Assembly (NCBI GenBank): GCA_965279375.1
Contig: OZ257156.1
Span: forward strand, 1,984,001 to 2,048,000
DNA: 64,000 nt
DNA from: Gemmatimonas sp.
GTDB taxonomy: Bacteria > Gemmatimonadota > Gemmatimonadetes > Gemmatimonadales > Gemmatimonadaceae
Direction: 5' to 3'
Each line of letters begins with the position of its first letter. Positions within the stretch are counted from its first letter, which is position 1. Made by a program: the position numbers and the translations under genes. Positions 12,221-23,267 of the stretch are shown here, one piece after another. Under the pieces are notes generated by a model. That model was not told the origin of the DNA. It saw only the letters and a program-made list of their open reading frames with translations, and did not search any database.

Positions 12221-13531
12221 ATGTCCGACACGCTCGAACGAACCCTTGGGGTGCGCGACCTGACGCTGCTGGTGATCGGCAATGTCATTGGGTCAGGAAT
12301 CTTTCTGGTGCCTGCCGCCGTGCTGGCGCAGAGCGGGGAATCGGTGCCAGTCGCGATCTCCGTGTGGCTCGTAGGCGGGCTTCTCTCTCTGCTCGGCGCG
12401 TTGTCGTACGCGGAGCTGGGCAGCATGGACCCGAGCGCGGGCGGACTCTATGCGTACATCCGCGATGCGTTCGGTCCCTTCCCGGCGTTCCTCTACGGCT
12501 GGACACTCTTCTTCGTGATCGGGGCCGGCACCATTGCCACGCTGTGCGTGGCCGCGGCCGACTATCTCACGCAGTTCACGCCGCTCAGCCCGATGGCCAA
12601 GAGCGCGTGCGCGGTCGCGCTGATCGTGCTGATGGCCGTCCTCAACGTGCGTGGCACGCGGGAAGGTACGTCGGTGCAGAATGTGGCGACCGGCATCAAG
12701 GTGCTCGCGATTCTCATCATGAGTGCGGTGATGTTCGCACTGGGACACGGGAGTACGCTCGCGCCGGTGCCCCACACTGTCACGCCGCTCTCGGTCTCCG
12801 GGGTTGGCCTGTCGATCATCTCGGTGCTGTGGGCTTACGAAGGCTGGCAGTACGTCACCTTTGTGGCCGGTGAAGCGAAGGACCCGCAACGTTCCATTCC
12901 CCGCGCTATCATCTGGGGCACGGTCGCGCTAATTGCGATCTACATTGTCGCCAACTTCGGCTATCTCGCGGCGCTCGGCGTGTCGCGTATGGCGGCCTCC
13001 AATCGCGTCGCTGGCGAGGCGGTCGCGCAGGTGATGGGACCACTCGCGGGCTATCTCGTGGCTTCGGCGATCATCGTGTCGATGTACAGCGCGGCGCATG
13101 CGACAGTGATCACCGTTCCGCGCGTCTACTTCGCGATGGCCAAGGACGGCGTCTTCTTTCCGCAGATGACGCGCATTCACCCCAAGTTCGGCACGCCGGC
13201 GTTCGCGATCATCACGAGCTGTGCATGGGCGGCGATACTCGCGCTGAGCGGCACGTTCGAGCAGCTGCTCACCTACGTGGTGTTCATCGGATGGATTTTC
13301 TATGCGTTGGGAGCGGCAGCCGTCATCGCGCTGCGCATCAAGCGGCCCGACGCTGTGCGCCCGTTTCGCGTGCCGGGCTATCCCGTGACGCCGGTCGTGT
13401 TCGTGCTCGCCGCGGCGGTGATCGTGCTCAATACGGTCATGTCGCAACCCGGGCAGGCCGCGATCGGCATTGGGGTGGTGCTGCTTGGCGCGCCGGCATA
13501 CGCGTTGTGGCGCCGGCGCGCCAAGGTCTAG
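12221..13531 (+). CDS. APC-family (LAT/SteT-like) amino acid permease
   Basis: VIGSGIF, YAELG, GGLYAY, WAYEGW and RPFRVPGYP. Confidence 0.9.
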   Translation: MSDTLERTLGVRDLTLLVIGNVIGSGIFLVPAAVLAQSGESVPVAISVWLVGGLLSLLGALSYAELGSMDPSAGGLYAYIRDAFGPFPAFLYGWTLFFVIGAGTIATLCVAAADYLTQFTPLSPMAKSACAVALIVLMAVLNVRGTREGTSVQNVATGIKVLAILIMSAVMFALGHGSTLAPVPHTVTPLSVSGVGLSIISVLWAYEGWQYVTFVAGEAKDPQRSIPRAIIWGTVALIAIYIVANFGYLAALGVSRMAASNRVAGEAVAQVMGPLAGYLVASAIIVSMYSAAHATVITVPRVYFAMAKDGVFFPQMTRIHPKFGTPAFAIITSCAWAAILALSGTFEQLLTYVVFIGWIFYALGAAAVIALRIKRPDAVRPFRVPGYPVTPVVFVLAAAVIVLNTVMSQPGQAAIGIGVVLLGAPAYALWRRRAKV

Positions 13532-13537
13532 CGGCGA

Positions 13538-16500
13538 CTACGGCTTCTTGGGTGCGTCGTGCGTCGTGCTCGACTTGGTGTTCATCTGCAGCGCGTCGTT
13601 GTTGACCCAGTAATTCGGGCCAAAGGGCACGGCCTTGGGCCATACCTGATCCAGCGACATCGCGTCGTACAACGTGCCGCCCTTCATCACCCACTTGAGG
13701 TCGGTGGTGTTGCGGATGTTGTCGAGCGGATTGGTGTTGAGGATCATCAAGTCGGCCAGCTTGCCCACTTCAAGCGAGCCGAGATCCTTCTCGGCGCCGA
13801 GGAACGTCGCACCGTGCAGCGACGCAACTTCCAACGCGCCCATGTTGCCGAGTGCACTCGCGCCCATCCACACCTCCCAGTGCGGGGCGAGACCGTGGTG
13901 CTCGCCGTGTGAGCCTAACGCGCCGTAGCCGCCTTCCTTGATGATGTCGGCCATCGCCTGCGCGATGAGCGGGAAGCTGTAGTCGGTCATGGGACGGAGT
14001 GTGCGCACGCGAAGCTGCGGCGTGAGTGCGCGCCACGGGAACCAGCGACGCTGCTTGGCGTCCTTCCACACGTCCGACTCCTGGAACCAGTACTCGATGT
14101 TCCACGCCTGTGGGCCGGCAACGACGAGTGTGGGTGAGTATGTCGCCTTGGCCTGGCCGAGGAACTTTGCGCCATCGGAGTACATGGGGACTTCGCTGAA
14201 CGGATGCTCCCACCCCGTCTGTCCGTCCATGATCATCGCGAGGTCTTCGAAAAAGTCGCTGCCTTCGGAGGTGACGTTGATGCCGACCTGACGGCTGGCT
14301 TCCGCGATCCACTGCCGCTGATCGCGACGTGGCTGCGCGTACTGCTTGATTTGCGTGGCGCCCCAGTCGTTCATGCGTCGCACGAGTGCCTGAGCGCCGG
14401 CAAGGTTGGTGATCTCGTTGGTGCGTGCGCCATCGCCAGCGCTGGCGTTGTCACCCGTGCTGAAAGTGCGCGGACCGATCATCTCGCCCGCTTCGATCAA
14501 CTCGGCGGTGGGGAAGACGTTCTGACTCCACGTGCTGACGTCCATCGTGGTGGTGACGCCGTACGCGAGATAGAGCGCCTGTTCGAAGTCGTGCGGCGGA
14601 CGCATGCCACGCCACTCGCGATAGTGATGCGAGTGCATGTCCACCCAGCCGGGAATGATCGTCTTGCCGCTGGCGTTGATGACGCGGTCGACACCGGATG
14701 TGGAGCACTTGCCCACGCAGGTGATGCGACTGCCTTTGACGACGATCGTGCCGCCGTTGATGACCTGCTTGCTATTAAGCGTGATCAGTCGTGCGCCGGT
14801 GATCGCCACCGTACCCGTCGGGACCGCGCGCGGTGCGCTCACGTTGAGCGTGACGGTGTCGGCGCGCTTGCTGTCCACGTGGTAGACGTAGAAGCGATTG
14901 CCGCTGCCCCACTCGAGCGTGCGTGCATCGCGCCAGCGCGGGAAGATGCCGCCGTCGCGTGAGAGCTGCGTGACCGGAAATGCGCCGCGTCGCTTCTCGA
15001 TGCCCAATGCGTTGGCGCCGGTGCCGTTCCACGCGAGCGTGGTGAGGTAGACGTTGTCACCTTCCTGAAAGGCGACGTACTCGCCGTCCGGGCTTGGCAC
15101 CATCTCGTCGGCCGCGGGGAAGGTCAGGTGCGTCTGCTTGTCGCTGCCGTCCGCCTTCACGCTCACCAGTGCCGTGCCACCGCGACCACCGGGAGCGCCG
15201 CCAACGCCCGGCGTTCCCGCGCGTTCGTCAGGAAAGAACAAGCGACCATTGGGGCCAAAGCTCGGGCGCAGCAATTGACGCCGTGCTTCATTGCCGACAG
15301 ACACGTTCGTTGGCTTGACGATCGTCGTGATGACGACTCCCGTGTCGTTGCCCGTTGCGGCGTAGCGTACGAGATCGAACCACGCGTTGTGTGTGAGCGT
15401 GCGACCGCGCGCCGTGGCACCTTCGCCACGCGCGACCACCACGCTGCGTCCGTCAGGGCTCCACACCGGATCGATGAAGTCGCCTTCCACGCGACTCAGC
15501 CTCGTTGGCGCACCACCGCTCGCCGGCGCCGTCCACAAATGCCCACGATTGCCGTCGTCGAAGGTGACGAACGCGATCGACTTGCCGTCGGGGCTCCACG
15601 TGGGCGCGTATTCGAGTGGCTTGAACGACGCGGGTGTGAGTCGCTGCGGCGTTCCCGTCGCGCCACGTTGCACGTACACATGTCCCAATGCCTGAAACGC
15701 GATCAGCGAACCGTCTGCATTGCTGCTCGGCCAGCGCACGAACTGCGCTTTCACGGCATCGTCGGTGATGCGAAACTCACGACGCGCCATCTCCGAGATG
15801 GTGCGATGCACCGTGGCCGTGAAGGCGATCGTGCTTACGGTGCCCGTGGCGACGTCCACACGACGCAGCTTGCCGCCCTGCGCCAGCACGAGACTCTTGC
15901 CGTCGGCTGCCCATTTGTAGCGCGGCAGCACGCCCAACGTCTTGCCGCCGCCGCTCGCGACCATCGGATCGATGGGATCCATGAGCATGCGTTCCGCGCC
16001 GGTGCTCAGGTCGCGCAGCCAGAGCGCGGTGCGTGGGCCGTACTTGTGCCCTTTGAACTCGATCAGGCCGTCGGGGATCTGTCGCGCAAACGCAATCCAA
16101 CGTCCGTCGGGCGAGACTTCAGGCATCGCCGCGCCGCCACTCGAAAAGCGACCGGCCGCCGCGCCAACACTCTCGCCGTTGGTGATGTCGAGAATCTCGC
16201 CGCCCTTGAAGGCAAAGCGACGCAACTGCATCGCACCGGCCAGCGGTTCGCGATCTGTCACCGACGGCATCGACACGTGGTAGTACAGATACCGGCCATC
16301 TGCGCTGATGCTCGGCGCGCTGCCACCCGGAACCAGCGTGAGGCCGCTGCCACCATCGCGGTGATACATCGCGAGTCCCGCTCCGCCACCTTCGCCGCCA
16401 CCACGGCCGCCGCGTCGCACCACGATGAACTGTCCGTCAGGTGTCCACGCCGGCTCCGCGGCGGTGACGGCTAGATCGGTGTAGACCGGCCGTGGGTTGG

Positions 16501-16939
16501 TACCATCGGCGTTCATGACCCAGAGGTTGTTCTGGCCGCGGCGATCGGAGATGAAGGCGATCGTCTTGCCGTCGGGCGAGATGCGCGGCTGGTAGTTGAG
16601 TGCGACGCCGCTGTTCTGTGTGAGCGCGGTTGCCGTGCCGCCGGCGGATGGAACGCGGTAAACGTGCCCCAGCAGATCGAAGTAGATCCACGCGCCATCG
16701 GCCGAGATGTCGGCGGACATCCACGTGCCTTCGCTGGTGGAGAAGTCGATGTCGCGCGTTTTGCCTCGGGCGAGGCTGACGTCCCAGCGGGCGCCGCCGG
16801 AGTCGGCGGCAGGTGCGCCGCCCGCGCGTTGCGCGAACACGGCGCAGGGGGTGGCCGCGATCAGCAGTGGCGCCGACAACAGCAGGGCCGAGAGCGGCCG
16901 TGGCACCGAACGGGCGGCGGCGGGGGTAGCGCGGGGCAT
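13538..16939 (-). CDS. Exported amidohydrolase with TolB-like (PD40) beta-propellers
   Basis: Signal peptide, multiple (W/I)SPDG repeats, PGWVDMHSH and GSLEVGKLADL. Confidence 0.88.
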   Translation of the reverse strand: MPRATPAAARSVPRPLSALLLSAPLLIAATPCAVFAQRAGGAPAADSGGARWDVSLARGKTRDIDFSTSEGTWMSADISADGAWIYFDLLGHVYRVPSAGGTATALTQNSGVALNYQPRISPDGKTIAFISDRRGQNNLWVMNADGTNPRPVYTDLAVTAAEPAWTPDGQFIVVRRGGRGGGEGGGAGLAMYHRDGGSGLTLVPGGSAPSISADGRYLYYHVSMPSVTDREPLAGAMQLRRFAFKGGEILDITNGESVGAAAGRFSSGGAAMPEVSPDGRWIAFARQIPDGLIEFKGHKYGPRTALWLRDLSTGAERMLMDPIDPMVASGGGKTLGVLPRYKWAADGKSLVLAQGGKLRRVDVATGTVSTIAFTATVHRTISEMARREFRITDDAVKAQFVRWPSSNADGSLIAFQALGHVYVQRGATGTPQRLTPASFKPLEYAPTWSPDGKSIAFVTFDDGNRGHLWTAPASGGAPTRLSRVEGDFIDPVWSPDGRSVVVARGEGATARGRTLTHNAWFDLVRYAATGNDTGVVITTIVKPTNVSVGNEARRQLLRPSFGPNGRLFFPDERAGTPGVGGAPGGRGGTALVSVKADGSDKQTHLTFPAADEMVPSPDGEYVAFQEGDNVYLTTLAWNGTGANALGIEKRRGAFPVTQLSRDGGIFPRWRDARTLEWGSGNRFYVYHVDSKRADTVTLNVSAPRAVPTGTVAITGARLITLNSKQVINGGTIVVKGSRITCVGKCSTSGVDRVINASGKTIIPGWVDMHSHHYREWRGMRPPHDFEQALYLAYGVTTTMDVSTWSQNVFPTAELIEAGEMIGPRTFSTGDNASAGDGARTNEITNLAGAQALVRRMNDWGATQIKQYAQPRRDQRQWIAEASRQVGINVTSEGSDFFEDLAMIMDGQTGWEHPFSEVPMYSDGAKFLGQAKATYSPTLVVAGPQAWNIEYWFQESDVWKDAKQRRWFPWRALTPQLRVRTLRPMTDYSFPLIAQAMADIIKEGGYGALGSHGEHHGLAPHWEVWMGASALGNMGALEVASLHGATFLGAEKDLGSLEVGKLADLMILNTNPLDNIRNTTDLKWVMKGGTLYDAMSLDQVWPKAVPFGPNYWVNNDALQMNTKSSTTHDAPKKP

Positions 16940-17147
16940 CCGTCTCTCCGGGAGGGCCAGCGATGCTGGCGTGGTGGTCGGCGTCCCGATGGACGCTCCG
17001 CGCAGACGTTACCACGACGAGCCCGCAGTCGGCCAGCAGCGCGGCCATGTGGCGCGGCCGCACGCTGCCAGTTGGGCGCGCTGGCCGTATGTTCGGAGTC
17101 GCAACCCGACCGATCCAACACGAAGACTCCACGTCGACACCTGCCTG

Positions 17148-19814
17148 ATGCTGCCAAGACTTCTCTCTGCCTGCACCTCCTCGTCCCGTCTGCGCACGGC
17201 CGTGCTGCTCGCGATGGGCGTGACGTTGTTTGCCGCGCCGCTGCGCGCGCAGCACAGCTACACGGAGCAGGCGAACGCGCCCGCGCGTACTTACGATCCG
17301 CGCGTGCCCACGCCGCGTGCGCTGTTGGGCTACGAGATCGGCGATCGCTTCACGTCGCATCGGGCGATGATGCGCTACATCGAACGCATCGCTGCCACGT
17401 CCAGGCGCGTGAAGGTGGACACGGTCACGCGGTCGTTCGAAGGGCGCGAGATGCTGCTGCTGACGGTGACGAGCGAAGCCAATCACGCACGGCTCGCCGA
17501 CATTCAGCGCGACGCCAAGCGTGTTGCCGATCCTCGCGGTGCAGCGGCTGGCGAAGTGGACGCCGCGCAGAAGCGGTTGCCCTCCATTGTGTGGCTGGCG
17601 CACTCGGTTCACGGCGGTGAAGCATCAGGCGTGGAAGCGGGGCTGGCCCTGCTCTACCAGCTCGCAGCCGGTACTGACGCCGAAACGCAGATGGCGCTCG
17701 ACAGCACGGTCGTACTCATCGATCCCAATCAGAATCCTGACGGGCGCGAGCGCTTCACGCACGACCTCGAACGCGCAGCGAGTTCGCAGGGCGTTTCCAG
17801 CGAGCCGCAGGCGATCAACAACGCCGGCTCCTGGCCCGGGCCGCGCACGTCGCACTACTACTTCGATCTCAACCGCGATTGGTTCACGCAGTCGCATCCG
17901 GAGAGCAAGGGGCGCGTGAAGTCGTTCCTTGCGTGGATGCCGCATGTGGCGGTGGATCTGCACGAGCAGGGATCGAGCGCGTCGTTCTACTTCGCGCCGC
18001 CGCGCGAGCCGGACAACGCCAACAACCCCAAGCATCTCGCGAAGTGGTTCGACATCTTCGCGGCGGCGCATGGGGCGGCGTTCGACGTGCACGGCTGGTC
18101 GTACTTCCGTCGCGAGGGTTACGACTCGTTCTATCCGGGCTACGGCGAAGGATGGCCGATGCTCACAGGTGCCATCGGCATGCTCTTCGAGTCGGCGTCG
18201 TCGGCCGGTGGGTCGGTGCGCCGCAACGATGGCTTGCTGCGCACGCTCAAGCAGGCCGCATGGGAGCACTATTCGGCGGAGTGGGCCACGGTGCGCACGT
18301 CGGCCCGTCGTCGGACGGAACTGCTCAAGGACTACGCGCAGGCCCGTGCCGACGCGATCACCAGCCACGCCAAGAATCCGATGCGCGCGATGGTCTTTGC
18401 GCGCGACGATCAGGGGCGTGCGGATTCGCTGGCAGCCAAGCTGCGTGAGAACGGCATCGAAGTGTGGCGCCTGAATGCCGACGCCGACCTCAAGGACGCG
18501 ACGGCGTACGGCAGCAGTGCGATGGCGTTGTCCACCAAGATCAAGGCGGGTGCGTATGTCGTGGACTACGCACAGCCGCAGGGGCATCTGGCGAAGGCCT
18601 TGCTCGAGCCCGATGCCGCGCTCGATTCCGCGTTCCTCAAGTTCGAACTCGAACTGCGGCGCACTGGGCAGCGCAATCGCTTCTACGACGTGACCGCATG
18701 GTCGATGCCGCTGGCGTATCGGCTGCAGGCCTGGACTGTGCGTTCTTTGCCTGCGGGCATCACGGCAGTCACGGACGTGCCGCGCGTCGTATCAGTCGCC
18801 GTGCCCACGGCGCAATACGGCTACGCGTTCGCGCCGGGCAGCGAAGCCTCCATCCGCCTGCTGGCCTCGTTGCTCAAGGACTCGGTGCGCGTCTGGCATG
18901 CGCCGAACAGCTTCACCTCCAACGGCGTGAAGTTTCCGCACGGTGCGTTCGTCGTACGCGTGGCTCCCAATCGCGCGGATGTGCACAACGTCGTGAACAC
19001 ACGCGCCGCGGAGGCCGGAGCGCGCATCGTTGCCATCCCATCCGCTGGCGTGGCCGAAGGCACGGACCTCGGCAGCAACTCCGTCGTGCCGATTCTGGCG
19101 CCGCGCATCGCGCTGTTGGGGAGCACGCCAGTCAGTGGCACGCCCTTCGGCTTCATCTGGTTCGCACTCGACCAGCGCATCGGCTACCCGAGCACGTTGG
19201 TGGACGCCAACTTCGTGGCGAGTGGTGACATGAGCCGCTTCACCGTGCTCATCGTTCCCTCGACGCCCGGCGCAGCGCTGGACCGTCTGCTTGGCGATGG
19301 TGGCAAGGCACGACTGGCTGATTGGGTCCGCAACGGCGGTGTGCTCATCACCACCGAAGCGGCAACGGCGTGGGTGGCGCAGGACAGGTTTCTGCTGCGC
19401 ATGCGCGTGAAGCGTGACTCGGTGCGTGCGGATTCCTCGGGCGGTGCCCCGCTTCCGGGCGGACTGCCGGGTGTACTCGCGCGCGCGACGATCGATACGC
19501 TCTCGCCGCTCCTGACTGGCGTGAATGAGCGTGAGATCCCGGTGTTCGTGAATGCGGATCGCATCTTCACCATTCCCAAGGATCTGTCCGCTGGCGAAGC
19601 GGTGATTCGATTTGCGCCCGACAAGCGTGTGCGAATGGCCGGATACTATTGGCCCGAGGCCGAGGCCAAGCTCGCGCTCACGCCGTACCTGTGGACGGAG
19701 CGCGTGGGACGCGGTCGCGTGATCGCGTTCACGCAGGATCCGGTGTATCGCGACATGTTCCGCGGACTGTTGCCGATCTTCGCCAACGCGGTGTTGCTGG
19801 GCGGAACGTTCTGA
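17148..19814 (+). CDS. Exported M14-family zinc carboxypeptidase
   Basis: Signal peptide; VHGGE, NPDGRER, DLNRD and DLHE; C-terminal glutamine-amidotransferase-like region. Confidence 0.88.
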   Translation: MLPRLLSACTSSSRLRTAVLLAMGVTLFAAPLRAQHSYTEQANAPARTYDPRVPTPRALLGYEIGDRFTSHRAMMRYIERIAATSRRVKVDTVTRSFEGREMLLLTVTSEANHARLADIQRDAKRVADPRGAAAGEVDAAQKRLPSIVWLAHSVHGGEASGVEAGLALLYQLAAGTDAETQMALDSTVVLIDPNQNPDGRERFTHDLERAASSQGVSSEPQAINNAGSWPGPRTSHYYFDLNRDWFTQSHPESKGRVKSFLAWMPHVAVDLHEQGSSASFYFAPPREPDNANNPKHLAKWFDIFAAAHGAAFDVHGWSYFRREGYDSFYPGYGEGWPMLTGAIGMLFESASSAGGSVRRNDGLLRTLKQAAWEHYSAEWATVRTSARRRTELLKDYAQARADAITSHAKNPMRAMVFARDDQGRADSLAAKLRENGIEVWRLNADADLKDATAYGSSAMALSTKIKAGAYVVDYAQPQGHLAKALLEPDAALDSAFLKFELELRRTGQRNRFYDVTAWSMPLAYRLQAWTVRSLPAGITAVTDVPRVVSVAVPTAQYGYAFAPGSEASIRLLASLLKDSVRVWHAPNSFTSNGVKFPHGAFVVRVAPNRADVHNVVNTRAAEAGARIVAIPSAGVAEGTDLGSNSVVPILAPRIALLGSTPVSGTPFGFIWFALDQRIGYPSTLVDANFVASGDMSRFTVLIVPSTPGAALDRLLGDGGKARLADWVRNGGVLITTEAATAWVAQDRFLLRMRVKRDSVRADSSGGAPLPGGLPGVLARATIDTLSPLLTGVNEREIPVFVNADRIFTIPKDLSAGEAVIRFAPDKRVRMAGYYWPEAEAKLALTPYLWTERVGRGRVIAFTQDPVYRDMFRGLLPIFANAVLLGGTF

Positions 19815-19825
19815 CGAGGAGATGG

Positions 19826-20440
19826 ATGAGCGGTGAGCCGCTGGAAACGGGCGCTGAGGCGCCGCGTGATGGTGATGGTCGAGCCTCGGAGCTCTTCGCC
19901 GTACTCTATCAGGAGCTGCATGCGCTGGCGGAACGGCATCTTCGGCGCAGTAGCGATGAGCTGACGATCGGGCCAAGTACGCTGCTGCATGAGGCGTACT
20001 TGAGCCTGTCCGTGCGTGATCAGGCGCGTTTCCCCGACCGCGAGCGCTTCCTGGCCTACGCGTCGCGTGCGATGCGTGGGTTGATCATCGACTATGTGCG
20101 TGCACGCCGAGCCACCAAGCGCGGCGGGGGCTTCGAGATCACGCGCATTGGTGATCACGATGCACCGTCGTCGATGTCGGTGGTCGACGAGCCCGAGTCG
20201 TTGGAGCGACTCAGCATCGCGCTGGATAGCCTGTCGCAGCTCGATGCATCGCTGGCGCAGCTCGTCGATTTGCATTTCTTCTGCGGCTTCACCTTCGTGG
20301 AGATCGCCGCCGGGCGCGGCGTTTCGGAGCGCACGGTGCAACGGGACTGGAAGAAAGCCCGATTGCTGCTGCGACAGATGGCGGGTGTACCGGAGCTGTC
20401 GTCGCACGATGTCGCTTCACCAGACGCGAATCCGATGTAG
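19826..20440 (+). CDS. ECF-type RNA polymerase sigma factor (kinase-associated type)
   Basis: LYQELHALA, PSTLLHEAYL, RAMRGLIIDYVR..KRGG and EIA..GVSERTVQRDW. Confidence 0.9.
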   Translation: MSGEPLETGAEAPRDGDGRASELFAVLYQELHALAERHLRRSSDELTIGPSTLLHEAYLSLSVRDQARFPDRERFLAYASRAMRGLIIDYVRARRATKRGGGFEITRIGDHDAPSSMSVVDEPESLERLSIALDSLSQLDASLAQLVDLHFFCGFTFVEIAAGRGVSERTVQRDWKKARLLLRQMAGVPELSSHDVASPDANPM

Positions 20441-20478
20441 GTCGTAGGGAGCTATACGTCACTCTGCCGGGATCGGAC

Positions 20479-23229
20479 ATGTCTGCGATGGGGAAGGAGC
20501 GCTGGAAGGCGATTGAACCGCTGCTGGACGTGGCGCTCGAGTTGGAAGGCGAAGAACGCGTGGCGTGGCTGGAGTCGCTGCGCGAGCGTGAGCCAGCGTA
20601 CGCAAGCGACATCGAGGCACTGTTGCGCGGCGAGTCGAGTCGCGGCGGCGATCTGCTCGACGCGTCGCCGCTTGCCGCTGATGCAATCGTCCCTGCGCTC
20701 GTCGGTCAGATCGTTGGTCCGTACACGCTCGTCGAGCCGATCGGCGACGGCGGTATGGGTTCCGTGTGGCGGGGTCGACGCAGCGATGGACGTTTCGATG
20801 GGGACGTCGCCATCAAGTTGCTGCACCTGTCACTGGTGGGTCGGTCGGGTGAGACGCGATTCGCGCAGGAAGGCCAGCTTCTCGCGCGACTGTCGCATGC
20901 GAACATCGCACGTATGCTCGACGCGGGTGTCACGTCCACGGGGCAGCCGTACCTCGTGCTCGAGTACATCAAGGGCGAGCGCATCGATCGATTCGTCAAC
21001 GCCCGACAGATGCCACCGGCGGAGCGCATCAAGCTGTTTCTGCATCTGTGCTCCGCCGTGTCCAGCGCACACGCGCAGCTCGTCCTGCATCGGGACATCA
21101 AGCCGTCGAACATTCTCGTCAGCGAGGATGGCACCGCGAAGTTGCTGGACTTTGGCATCGCCAAGCTCATGGACGATGGACGTGAGCTGGCCAGCGAATC
21201 CACGTTGACGGTGGACTTCGGGCAGGCCTTTACGCCGGAGTTCGCGGCGCCTGAACAGCTGCGCGGCGAACCGGTGTCGATAGCGACGGACGTCTATGCG
21301 CTGGGCATTGTGCTCTACGTCATGCTGGGCGGTCGGCATCCCACCAGTGATGGTTGCACGACGGACGCCGAGCGTCGGAATGCGGCGTTGACTCGTGAGC
21401 CTCTGCGCCTGTCCCGACGCATCAGCGTGTTGACGACGGAAGCCCCGGACGACGCGAAGCGCATCGCCGCCGAACGCAGTGGCTCGCCGGCGTGGCTGCA
21501 GGCGCAGTACAGTGGTGATCTCGACAACATCCTGGCCAAGGCGCTCCGAAAGGATCCGCACGAGCGCTATCAGTCGGTGCAGGCGTTTGCGGACGATCTC
21601 ACAGCGTACCTCACCGATCGCCCAGTATCTGCGCAGGCCGAGTCGTGGATGTATCGTGCGCGAAAGTTTGTGCGACGCAACCGAGTCGCCGTCACAGTGG
21701 GCGCGACGGTCTTCATCACGCTGCTCGGCGCATCCGTGGTGACCACACGGCAGATGTTCGAAGCGCAGCGGCAGCGTGATGCGGCAGCGTTTGAAGCACG
21801 TTACGCGCAGGCGAGCAACGAGTTCCTGACCGCGGTACTCACGGACTACGGGCCGGATGCCGCTCCGGTCTCCCTGCTTGGCTTGCTCGATCGCGCTCGA
21901 GAGGCGGTCCTGTCTCAGACACAAATGGATCCGCGCCTGCGCGGACGTCTGATGGCGGAAGTGGCAGACCAGTACGGAAGAGCGGGCGTATACGACGTGG
22001 CAGCCGCATTGATGTTTGGTGCCGATTCCATCGCACAGCGCATCGCCGATCCCGAGCTGCGGGCAATTGTGTCGTGCCGGATCGCGCTTGGCGCGCTCAA
22101 CGTTGCGGATTCCGCGACAGCGACGAGTCGACTACGCGATGCAGACGAACAGCTTGCGCGTATCACGGCGCCGTCGCCACGCGCCGCTGGACAGTGTCTC
22201 ATCGCTCGCGCAGTGTTCGCGCTCGCGGGCGAACACAACAGCACCAAGGCTGATACGCTCGCCCGCAATGCTGCCGCGCTACTGCGAGAGGGCGGCATGA
22301 AGGACACTCAGCTCTACCTGCTCGCGCTCGAGGCGTTGGCGCAATCGGAATCGTTCCTCGGAAACGACGCCGGTGCGCTGGCCACCCGCAACGAAGTCAC
22401 CGCATCACTGACGCGACAGGGCCGAGTCCGCAGTACCATGCTGCGCGTTTCGCTCGAGCAAGAGGCGGTGTTGCAAGACATCCTCGGCAACAATGTCGCC
22501 GAGTTGCAGGCGACGCTTCGGGCTGCGTCGCTCGTCAGCGCAGCGCGAGCGGCAGGTGCGTCTCCAAAATTCACGTTCCGCGCGCGTGGCTACGCCTTGT
22601 CCAACGGCGCGCAGTACGACTCGGCGAACGTCTATCTGGAGCGGTACATGCGCGTTGCCGACTCGATCGGCGACGATATCGCTGCACTCGATGCGCGAAA
22701 CTTCCTCGTGAAGAATCTCACACAGCAGGGGCGCACCGACCTGGCGCGCCGGCGCATCGCGGAGATGCGCGCCATCGTTCCCCGGATCAGGATGGCCAAC
22801 ATGCGCTCCCGCGTCATCGTGGCGGACGCTCAGCTGTCAGCGGCGGAGGGGCGGCCCGAGGCCGGACTGGGAGCACTCGACTCGCTCCTCCGTGCGAAGG
22901 GCTACCCGAAGAAGGTCCGGATGCTCAATGGTCCCTCGGTCGTGATGCAGCATGCCGATGTTGCGCTCGCGGCACGTCGTTGGGCGCTTGCCGATACCTC
23001 GCTGACGATCGTCGCATCCGCGTATGGGACCACGGTGGCGGATCGGCTGCACAATTGGCGTTTTGGCGAAGCGATGCTGGGGCGGAGCCGTGCGGCCGTC
23101 GGGTTGGGCGATACGGTGGCCGCGCGTGTACGACTGGACAGCGCGCTCGCGCCGCTCAGATTCGGACTTGGCGAAGCGCATCCCAGATCCCGCGAAGCGG
23201 CGGCGCTACGGGATTCCCTGCGTCACTAG
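20479..23229 (+). CDS. Membrane Hanks-type Ser/Thr kinase with C-terminal TPR-like region
   Basis: GDGGMG, VAIK, HRDIKPSN, DFG, APE and DVYALG; TM helix after RRNR; long helical C-terminal part. Confidence 0.92.
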   Translation: MSAMGKERWKAIEPLLDVALELEGEERVAWLESLREREPAYASDIEALLRGESSRGGDLLDASPLAADAIVPALVGQIVGPYTLVEPIGDGGMGSVWRGRRSDGRFDGDVAIKLLHLSLVGRSGETRFAQEGQLLARLSHANIARMLDAGVTSTGQPYLVLEYIKGERIDRFVNARQMPPAERIKLFLHLCSAVSSAHAQLVLHRDIKPSNILVSEDGTAKLLDFGIAKLMDDGRELASESTLTVDFGQAFTPEFAAPEQLRGEPVSIATDVYALGIVLYVMLGGRHPTSDGCTTDAERRNAALTREPLRLSRRISVLTTEAPDDAKRIAAERSGSPAWLQAQYSGDLDNILAKALRKDPHERYQSVQAFADDLTAYLTDRPVSAQAESWMYRARKFVRRNRVAVTVGATVFITLLGASVVTTRQMFEAQRQRDAAAFEARYAQASNEFLTAVLTDYGPDAAPVSLLGLLDRAREAVLSQTQMDPRLRGRLMAEVADQYGRAGVYDVAAALMFGADSIAQRIADPELRAIVSCRIALGALNVADSATATSRLRDADEQLARITAPSPRAAGQCLIARAVFALAGEHNSTKADTLARNAAALLREGGMKDTQLYLLALEALAQSESFLGNDAGALATRNEVTASLTRQGRVRSTMLRVSLEQEAVLQDILGNNVAELQATLRAASLVSAARAAGASPKFTFRARGYALSNGAQYDSANVYLERYMRVADSIGDDIAALDARNFLVKNLTQQGRTDLARRRIAEMRAIVPRIRMANMRSRVIVADAQLSAAEGRPEAGLGALDSLLRAKGYPKKVRMLNGPSVVMQHADVALAARRWALADTSLTIVASAYGTTVADRLHNWRFGEAMLGRSRAAVGLGDTVAARVRLDSALAPLRFGLGEAHPRSREAAALRDSLRH

Positions 23230-23267
23230 CGCCGTCAGTGCTGTGCATCTCTGAACCCGAGGTCCTG

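Noticed and set aside
16707..17147. N-terminal extensions from the ORF track (also 1321, 6239, 12008, 19649, 22980, 58511)
   Set aside because: They overlap neighbouring genes; downstream starts give proper signal peptides or family-typical N-termini.
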